IMG/VR virus record: IMGVR_UViG_3300008107_000034
Reading direction: 5' to 3' (one strand)
Origin: an uncultured virus (IMG/VR IMGVR_UViG_3300008107_000034)
Taxonomy: Duplodnaviria; Heunggongvirae; Uroviricota; Caudoviricetes
Length of the DNA stretch: 20,000 nt
Shown in pieces: positions 15,178-20,000 of this stretch. Positions within the stretch are counted from its first letter, which is position 1; each line of letters starts with the position of its first letter. The notes under the pieces were generated by a model. That model saw only the letters and a list, made by a program, of their open reading frames with translations, was not told where the DNA came from and searched no databases. Made by a program: the position numbers and the translations under genes.

Positions 15178-15350
15178 TGGATTACAGCGAAGAGTTTCCG
15201 TTTGATCAATTTCCATGGAAGTTGATTCATAAGGATGGAAAAGAAACACGTAAATGTTACTTTCAAACAGAAGAACATCGTAAAAAGCACATTGATCGCT
15301 ACAACCTTAAAAAGAAAGACATTCAATTAAGTTACAAATATGACAATTAG
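15177..15350 (+). CDS. Small hypothetical protein (57 aa, absent from ORF track)
   Basis: TGATG overlap. MDYSEEFPFDQFPWKLIHKDGKETRKCYFQTEEHRKKHIDRYNLKKKDIQLSYKYDN. Confidence 0.75.
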   Translation: MDYSEEFPFDQFPWKLIHKDGKETRKCYFQTEEHRKKHIDRYNLKKKDIQLSYKYDN

Positions 15351-15504
15351 AACTTTTGTTGATAAGCATGGTAATGAGTGGAACTGGGAAGAAACTCCTG
15401 CTGTTGTAGAAGCAGTCAAGAATCTATCTTTGTTTGCTGGTAATTATGAAGGACCACTCTATGCACCTCATCCTGATTTGAAAAATGGAAAAAAAACTGA
15501 TTGA
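15340..15504 (+). CDS. Small hypothetical protein (54 aa, absent from ORF track)
   Basis: MTIRTFVDKHGNEWNWEETPAVVEAVKNLSLFAGNYEGPLYAPHPDLKNGKKTD. Confidence 0.7.
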   Translation: MTIRTFVDKHGNEWNWEETPAVVEAVKNLSLFAGNYEGPLYAPHPDLKNGKKTD

Positions 15505-15691
15505 TGATTGCTTCTATGTTGAGCAAAAAAAGTATGGACTCTGGGATTCTACCGACAAAGATGGTAACGGACTGGTCACGTCTCTCACTGAAGAGCAATG
15601 TGTATCAGCAACCCGTTATGTTCTTAAAGGACGGCAGGAAGGTTTCCCTGAATCCAAAACTCATGAAGGAACTGTAGGTGGAAAACTCTGA
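15485..15691 (+). CDS. Hypothetical phage protein
   Basis: 68 aa, ending GTVGGKL. Confidence 0.75.
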   Translation: MEKKLIDDCFYVEQKKYGLWDSTDKDGNGLVTSLTEEQCVSATRYVLKGRQEGFPESKTHEGTVGGKL

Positions 15692-15842
15692 TCATCCATA
15701 TCATGTTTTAGATCCTACTACGCCATGGTATGAGTGGTTATGTTACTGTGAGATCTGTCATCAACTAGATGTTAAAGATCAACCAAATATGAGAAGATAT
15801 ATGGGATATCGAAACTATCTTAAATCTGTAGGTGTATTATGA
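15678..15842 (+). CDS. Small hypothetical protein (54 aa, GTG start, absent from ORF track)
   Basis: AAGGA SD. MENSDHPYHVLDPTTPWYEWLCYCEICHQLDVKDQPNMRRYMGYRNYLKSVGVL, with an ATGA overlap to the next gene. Confidence 0.7.
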   Translation: MENSDHPYHVLDPTTPWYEWLCYCEICHQLDVKDQPNMRRYMGYRNYLKSVGVL

Positions 15843-16066
15843 TTGGAACAAATTGGTTTCAAAAGAAATGGGGACTAGAAGATCCTGTTTTGATTGATGA
15901 ACTCTATACCAGAGTTGTTGAGTTAGAGCAACGTGTTAAAGTTCTTGAAGAAGAGAATATCAATACGACTAACTCAATATACGAAATTTTTAACAGTCTT
16001 GAAGCACGTATTGACATCCTTGCATCCGAACCTTATAATCTTGATAGATTTTCACTTAACAAATAA
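15839..16066 (+). CDS. Hypothetical coiled-coil protein
   Basis: 75 aa. Heptads in LYTRVVELEQRVKVLEEEN. Confidence 0.75.
   Translation: MIGTNWFQKKWGLEDPVLIDELYTRVVELEQRVKVLEEENINTTNSIYEIFNSLEARIDILASEPYNLDRFSLNK
16011..16039 (+). promoter_or_regulatory. Consensus sigma70 promoter (intragenic)
   Basis: TTGACA (16011-16016), 17-nt spacer, TATAAT (16034-16039). Confidence 0.8.
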
Positions 16067-16266
16067 TGTACGAAACTCTAACTGAATTTGAAAGAGCACT
16101 TGCCCGATTCGGGGACAAAGTGCAATATATTGTAGGACTTGAAATTTCTGATAAGATGTCTCCCGAAGTAGCATACCAAGAAATTAAAGAAATGCTGAAA
16201 GAATTGAAAAAACTTCGTAAAGCAGAAAAACAAACTTGGATAAATGATATTCATATTGATATGTGA
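16066..16266 (+). CDS. Hypothetical phage protein
   Basis: 66 aa. Pattern FERALARFGDKV..I.GLE...K.S.E.AYQEIK. Confidence 0.8.
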   Translation: MYETLTEFERALARFGDKVQYIVGLEISDKMSPEVAYQEIKEMLKELKKLRKAEKQTWINDIHIDM

Positions 16267-16430
16267 TGGAAGACTCACTTAAAATAACAGAGAACGAGGA
16301 TGGATCGTTCACAATGGATTGGGACAAGGAAGATCCAAATTGGAAATGGTTAAATGGGTTGACATCCAAAGAGATTTCCATTATAGTACAGCAAGCAATT
16401 GAGGAAGAACTCAAACGTCATGGCAATTAA
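16266..16430 (+). CDS. Small hypothetical protein (54 aa, absent from ORF track)
   Basis: TGATG overlap. MEDSLKITENEDGSFTMDWDKEDPNWKWLNGLTSKEISIIVQQAIEEELKRHGN. Confidence 0.75.
   Translation: MEDSLKITENEDGSFTMDWDKEDPNWKWLNGLTSKEISIIVQQAIEEELKRHGN
16359..16387 (+). promoter_or_regulatory. Sigma70-like promoter (intragenic)
   Basis: TTGACA, 17-nt spacer, TATAGT. Confidence 0.6.
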
Positions 16431-17013
16431 GTATCAGAAAGTTTGGGATACAATGAATGATCTTGAGATGATCATTGCAAAGGTCGTCTCTGCCCGTGAA
16501 ATGATTGATGTTGCAAACGAATGTTGCAGTAACAATCAACAAGAACGTGCAGAGGCCATGACAATGGCAGCATATGAGTTTCTTGGATACTTCATTGAGG
16601 AGTTTGATGAGAAGTTTAAACTTGCTTGGCAGGCAACTGTTGGTGACTTGCGTGATGGTGATGTAAAAAACCCTCTGACTTGTGATAAAGATGATCCATC
16701 ACCCGAATGCAAAGATGCTTGGAACTCTTTCTGGGAAAGCACTGGTTCAACCGTAAGTAGTGTTCGGTACACTGATGAGGAACTGAATGCAATGTGTGAT
16801 GCTGCAGAAAAACAAGAAAAAGCAGATAAGGTTGTAAAGTGGCAACTTCCTGTTGAATTAGAACCAAGTGGTGAATGTTTTGTAACTTTCCCAGATGACC
16901 TTCTTGAAGCAGCAAACCTAAAGGAGGGTGATCAGGTTGAATGGGTTGATAATGGCGATGGATCTTATACACTTACTAAAGTGTCTAAACCACTTGGAAT
17001 GGATGAGTGTTGA
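16420..17013 (+). CDS. Protein with C-terminal AbrB/MazE/SpoVT-like DNA-binding domain
   Basis: The likely start is ATG 16420. C-terminal GECFVTFPDDLLEAANLKEGDQVEWVDNGDGSYTLTKV fits the swapped-hairpin consensus (x-P-xx-l-xx-l-x-l-x-eGD-x-v). Confidence 0.75.
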   Translation: MAIKYQKVWDTMNDLEMIIAKVVSAREMIDVANECCSNNQQERAEAMTMAAYEFLGYFIEEFDEKFKLAWQATVGDLRDGDVKNPLTCDKDDPSPECKDAWNSFWESTGSTVSSVRYTDEELNAMCDAAEKQEKADKVVKWQLPVELEPSGECFVTFPDDLLEAANLKEGDQVEWVDNGDGSYTLTKVSKPLGMDEC

Positions 17014-17183
17014 TGCTTGAAACTCTTATTTGTGGTTATAATCTATTCTGTCATGTAAAAAATGTGGTAGAATATCCAAGAACACAAATACCTGTGGTAA
17101 AATACTATGAAGCAGGTAAGTCTTGTTATGTAAATGGAACTTTTTATACTAAATGTGAGGATCGATTAAATGGCACTAAATAA
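17013..17183 (+). CDS. Small Cys-containing hypothetical protein (56 aa, absent from ORF track)
   Basis: TGATG overlap. MLETLICGYNLFCHVKNVVEYPRTQIPVVKYYEAGKSCYVNGTFYTKCEDRLNGTK. Confidence 0.7.
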   Translation: MLETLICGYNLFCHVKNVVEYPRTQIPVVKYYEAGKSCYVNGTFYTKCEDRLNGTK

Positions 17184-17267
17184 TATTACCTGATTTGCTC
17201 GCACTTATCGGGAGGGGGGGGTGAAAGTCCCTCCTTTTTAATATAAATAGATATGCGAGCAAATTAG
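17176..17267 (+). promoter_or_regulatory. Structured leader of endonuclease gene: late-like promoter, hairpin, terminator, late promoter, inverted repeat
   Basis: CTAAATA at 17176-17182. Hairpin CCTGAT-[12 nt]-ATCGGG at 17189-17212. TATAAATA at 17242-17249. CTGATTTGCTCGCA (17190-17203) pairs with TGCGAGCAAATTAG (17254-17267): 14 bp with one G-U. Confidence 0.75.
17211..17239 (+). terminator. Intrinsic terminator candidate
   Basis: GGAGGG (17211-17216)/CCCTCC (17229-17234) stem followed by TTTTT. Confidence 0.65.
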
Positions 17268-17276
17268 AGTAGAACT

Positions 17277-18071
17277 ATGCAACCACGTATCTACACATAC
17301 AAAATTACCTTTGAAGAAGTTCCTTACTACTATTATGGAAGTAAGAAAGAAAAAGTATTTGATGAGGAATACTGGGGTTCTCCAATAACAAATAAGTGGT
17401 GTTGGGAACTTTATACTCCAAAGAAACAAATATTAGAAGTATTTGATTATACTGATGAAGGTTATGAAGAATGTAGAAAACTTGAAGATAGATTGATAAA
17501 ACCAGTTCTTAATGATTCTTATTGCCTTAATGAAAGATGTGGAGGTTCTTATTCTATATCAATAAAAAGGCAGAATGGAATAAGTGTTAGAGATAGTAAA
17601 AAGGGTATTCATTCATTTAGTGAATACCAAAGAATAGAAAATGCAAAAAATGCAAGAAAATATTTAAAACAAGAATCTCTTTCAAAAGGTGGTAAAGAGG
17701 CATCAAAAATAAACAAAATTAATAAAGTGGGAATATATGGATTGGCAGAAGAAAGAAAAATGGAAATATGTAGTAATGGTGGAAAAATAGCAGGTAAAAA
17801 ATTGTATGAAGAAGGTAAAGGTTTATTTGGAATGAATGATGAAGATATGAAAAAAGCAAGAATAGCAGGAGGTAAAAAACAAGGAAATACTTGTAAAGAA
17901 TTTAAGATAGGTATATGTGGATTGACAAAAGAACAAAGAAGTGAAAATGCTAAAAAACAAAACAAAATCAAATGGAGATGTCTCATTACAGGGCATATTT
18001 CAACTTATAATGCCCTCTCAAGATTTCAAAATAATAGAGGGATTGACAAAAGCATGAGAGAAATGGTATGA
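17277..18071 (+). mobile_element. Free-standing GIY-YIG-like (Seg-like) homing endonuclease (CDS)
   Basis: N-terminal YTYKITF...YYYGS...YWGS...K.ILEVF...E..LI...LN is a degenerate GIY-YIG module. It has a Lys/Gly-rich repetitive C-terminus, is A-rich relative to its flanks, and has its own late promoter. Confidence 0.75.
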
Positions 18072-18072
18072 T
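18043..18072 (+). promoter_or_regulatory. Sigma70-like promoter in the 3' end of the endonuclease gene
   Basis: TTGACA (18043-18048), 18-nt spacer, extended -10 TGgTATGAT ending at 18072. Confidence 0.6.
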
Positions 18073-18095
18073 GAAATTAAGTTGAAATATTTAAA

Positions 18096-18323
18096 ATGCT
18101 GACAAATCAAGTTGAAGAAAACTTAAAAGAAGCAGAGGGGTGCCTAAGAAATGCTCTACATTGGGCAGCAAAAAATGAACGTCCTATGGTATGTTCTGTG
18201 ATTGCTGATATGATTAGTCGTATTGAAACACTACAAACGACTGATTCTCTTCTTGATAAACTTGAAAACCGTAAACCAGGAGACTCTGGTTTCTTTGGAA
18301 CTATTTTTGGGAAAGATGACTGA
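18096..18323 (+). CDS. Hypothetical phage protein
   Basis: 75 aa. Pattern LKEAEGCLRNAL..AA..ERP. Confidence 0.8.
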   Translation: MLTNQVEENLKEAEGCLRNALHWAAKNERPMVCSVIADMISRIETLQTTDSLLDKLENRKPGDSGFFGTIFGKDD

Positions 18324-18672
18324 ACCTAACGAACTCGGCAAGGCACTAAAAGAATGGTGGGACTCTGATGCCTGTAAACAAATGCAAAAGGCAAATGAAG
18401 AAGCAAAGCAACGTGCAGTAGGAAAGTATTTTATGCTTTCTGAAGAAGATAAACTTGATATGGTTCAGGCAATCTGCTATATTATGTGTAAAGCAGAAAG
18501 TGAGGGAACCAGTCACAGAGGATTGATGGATGATCTTGGAATTTATCCTTCTGGGTTTTGGATAGATCATTTGATGGATGTTCATAATGCTCTATGGTCT
18601 TATTATCACGACAAGAAAAGGGAACAAGAACTTAAAGATGATCTTGATGCCCTTGATGAGTTTATTAAGTAG
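18316..18672 (+). CDS. Hypothetical phage protein
   Basis: The likely start is ATG 18316 (MTEPNELGKALKEWW), overlapping the upstream stop. Confidence 0.8.
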   Translation: MTEPNELGKALKEWWDSDACKQMQKANEEAKQRAVGKYFMLSEEDKLDMVQAICYIMCKAESEGTSHRGLMDDLGIYPSGFWIDHLMDVHNALWSYYHDKKREQELKDDLDALDEFIK

Positions 18673-18756
18673 TGTAACAGGATCCCAAAGAAAACATTAA
18701 GTTACTAGATACTAATGTATTGAAATGCTAATATTGGGACACAACGCAAAACACCT

Positions 18757-18933
18757 ATGACTCTAGCAAAAACTGGTCCTAAAAATCTTACTCAAGAGGA
18801 ATGGGATGAACTTGTGGCACTCAAAGATGCTATAACTTATCGTCCCCAGTCAGTTTCTGCTGAAAAGATGGAAAAATTCACTGAACTTATGGTTCGATCA
18901 CTGGAAGGTAAAGGTGATTGTACACCACGATAA
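18757..18933 (+). CDS. Small hypothetical protein (58 aa, absent from ORF track)
   Basis: MTLAKTGPKNLTQEEWDELVALKDAITYRPQSVSAEKMEKFTELMVRSLEGKGDCTPR. Confidence 0.75.
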   Translation: MTLAKTGPKNLTQEEWDELVALKDAITYRPQSVSAEKMEKFTELMVRSLEGKGDCTPR

Positions 18934-18934
18934 A

Positions 18935-18941
18935 ATAAATA
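18935..18941 (+). promoter_or_regulatory. T4-type late promoter (ATAAATA)
   Basis: Intergenic, 21 nt before the cp12 ATG. Confidence 0.65.
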
Positions 18942-18962
18942 TTATCAACCCGATACAAAACC

Positions 18963-19175
18963 ATGAATAACATCGACCAACACATCCAGAAGGATGAAGA
19001 ACTTTTGAGTGATCCTACAATTTCTCCTCAGTCTAGGAGACATACTGAAGAAGAATTAGAAGCACTAAAAGCATATAAGAATCATCATCCAGAAGATTCT
19101 CACGATCCTACACCACTTGAGCTTTATTGTGATGCAAACCCTAATGCACTTGAGTGTAGAGTTTACGACGATTGA
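18963..19175 (+). CDS. cp12: CP12, Calvin-cycle inhibitor (phage auxiliary metabolic gene)
   Basis: C-terminal DPTPLELYCDANPNALECRVYDD is the CP12 signature (C-x8-C-x-x-Y-D-D). It lacks the N-terminal Cys pair and AWD_VEE motif, as in the cyanophage/picocyanobacterial form. Confidence 0.93.
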   Translation: MNNIDQHIQKDEELLSDPTISPQSRRHTEEELEALKAYKNHHPEDSHDPTPLELYCDANPNALECRVYDD

Positions 19176-19233
19176 GGACGGTTCTAAAACTGGCACACAG
19201 GGGGTTCTCAGGGCACTGGGGACCCCTTATAAT
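19176..19233 (+). promoter_or_regulatory. Palindrome/stem-loop/-10 cassette, copy 5
   Basis: GGACGGTT-ctaa-AACTGGCA, GC-rich hairpin GGGGTTCTCAG...CTGGGGACCCC, then TATAAT (19228-19233) 32 nt after the palindrome. Confidence 0.75.
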
Positions 19234-19255
19234 ATGTGGGTAATCAAAAATTACA

Positions 19256-19438
19256 ATGAAAATCTTTGGTCTTGCCTTTGTTGTTCTTGTCCTTGCCACT
19301 GCTGGACTTCTCTTTGAGGCGTGGTTGCTTGGTTTGATTCTGTCTTGGTTTAGTGTATCCTTGACCTTCTGGCAGAACTTTGCTATCATCTTCCTTGCTA
19401 ACGCTATTTTCAAATCTACTGGAGTTTCCTCAAAATGA
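19256..19438 (+). CDS. Small membrane protein (2-3 hydrophobic segments)
   Basis: 60 aa, almost entirely hydrophobic. Confidence 0.8.
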   Translation: MKIFGLAFVVLVLATAGLLFEAWLLGLILSWFSVSLTFWQNFAIIFLANAIFKSTGVSSK

Positions 19439-19839
19439 AAGAAGATAACACTATGCGGAACGCCACAATTATTGGTGCTTCCTTTATTCTCTCTCTGTTT
19501 ATTATCAATGCTGTGGTTGGTCCTCTCTACAATGTGTGGGCACAATCTCTGCAAGGTAAAGCAGAACTTCAGAAAGCAGAATATACTCGTCAGGTAGCAG
19601 TTCTGGAAGCACAAGCAAAGAAAGATTCGGCACAACAACTTGCTGATGCTGAGGTGATTCGTGCTCAAGGTGTTGCAAAAGCAAACCAAATCATTGGTAA
19701 CAGTTTGAAAGATAATCGTGAATATCTTCAGTATCTTTACATTACTGGACTGGAAGAAGGTAGCAACAAAGGCAATGTGACCATTTATGTTCCAACAGAA
19801 GGTGGTATGCCTGTGCCCACTCTTCAAATGAATAAGTGA
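19435..19839 (+). CDS. Membrane-anchored SPFH/prohibitin-like coiled-coil protein
   Basis: N-terminal TM helix, Ala/Glu/Lys-rich EAQAK..AQ..A.AE.IRAQG.AKAN.II..SL, then YL.YL...L...IYVP, resembling the band-7 C-terminal region. Confidence 0.7.
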   Translation: MKEDNTMRNATIIGASFILSLFIINAVVGPLYNVWAQSLQGKAELQKAEYTRQVAVLEAQAKKDSAQQLADAEVIRAQGVAKANQIIGNSLKDNREYLQYLYITGLEEGSNKGNVTIYVPTEGGMPVPTLQMNK

Positions 19840-19893
19840 CACTCTAACAACTGGCACACGGGGCATCCCAGACCCCTCTGGGTGCCCTATAAT
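19837..19893 (+). promoter_or_regulatory. Palindrome/stem-loop/-10 cassette, copy 6
   Basis: TGACACTC-taac-AACTGGCA, hairpin GGGCAtCCCAGA-cccc-TCTGGGTGCCC, then TATAAT (19888-19893) 31 nt after the palindrome. Confidence 0.75.
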
Positions 19894-19914
19894 AAGCACA
19901 TACGCAACGAACCG

Positions 19915-20000
19915 ATGACGACCACCTTCGCTGATTACTCCGCCCAAGCAGAGGCACGGAAGAACATCGCAGAGGCAGTTCTGGGTCACACCTATGCTCT
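19915..20000 (+). CDS. N-terminus of probable early phage protein (3' truncated by window)
   Basis: ATG 21 nt after the -10 box. MTTTFADYSAQAEARKNIAEAVLGHTYA... stays open to the window edge. Confidence 0.7.
   Translation, partial: MTTTFADYSAQAEARKNIAEAVLGHTYA

Noticed and set aside
4762..18315. Longest-ORF starts at 4762, 9284, 9794, 10857, 11956, 13083, 16399 and 18223
   Set aside because: They extend into upstream genes. Downstream starts with SD sequences or stop/start overlaps fit better.
2191..18585. All other minus-strand ORFs, and out-of-frame + strand ORFs nested in larger genes (e.g. 2213, 2639, 2927, 2961)
   Set aside because: They overlap a continuous, translationally coupled + strand gene array, and show no SD or promoter support and no protein motifs.
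3553..19893. Dispersed repeats as a CRISPR array or attC integron cassettes
   Set aside because: The copies are degenerate, kilobases apart and tied to -10 boxes. There is no regular repeat-spacer period and no cas or integrase gene.
19141..19989. 282-aa minus-strand ORF
   Set aside because: It is antisense to well-supported + strand genes and two promoter cassettes, has no recognisable motif, and is most likely a shadow ORF.

Overview
This is a 20-kb segment of a T4-like (myovirus) cyanophage genome. Support: all credible genes lie on the + strand, many are joined by ATGA/TGATG overlaps, T4-type (T)ATAAATA late promoters recur, and a phage-type CP12 gene is present. Positions 1-3506 end a late/structural module: a tail-protein C-terminus, a flavin-dependent halogenase, a Gly-rich gp38-like adhesin candidate with a Cys-rich insert, and a small Cys-rich protein. 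Positions 3500-6241 hold a DEAH helicase, an HNH/Zn nuclease and a beta-class amino-DNA methyltransferase. The rest is a hypervariable array of about 50 short ORFs, with two free-standing homing-endonuclease-like genes, a HiPIP-like Fe-S protein, an AbrB-domain protein, CP12 and an SPFH-like membrane protein. The three most notable observations are: (1) a HiPIP-like domain whose N-terminus matches the T4 internal-protein capsid-targeting sequence; (2) two sequence-unrelated endonuclease leaders with the same geometry, a 12-nt hairpin loop complementary to the gene's own translation-start region across a late promoter; (3) six copies of an 8-4-8 palindrome plus -10 promoter cassette, three of them inside coding sequence. 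All family assignments come from motif recognition by eye; no database searches were run.
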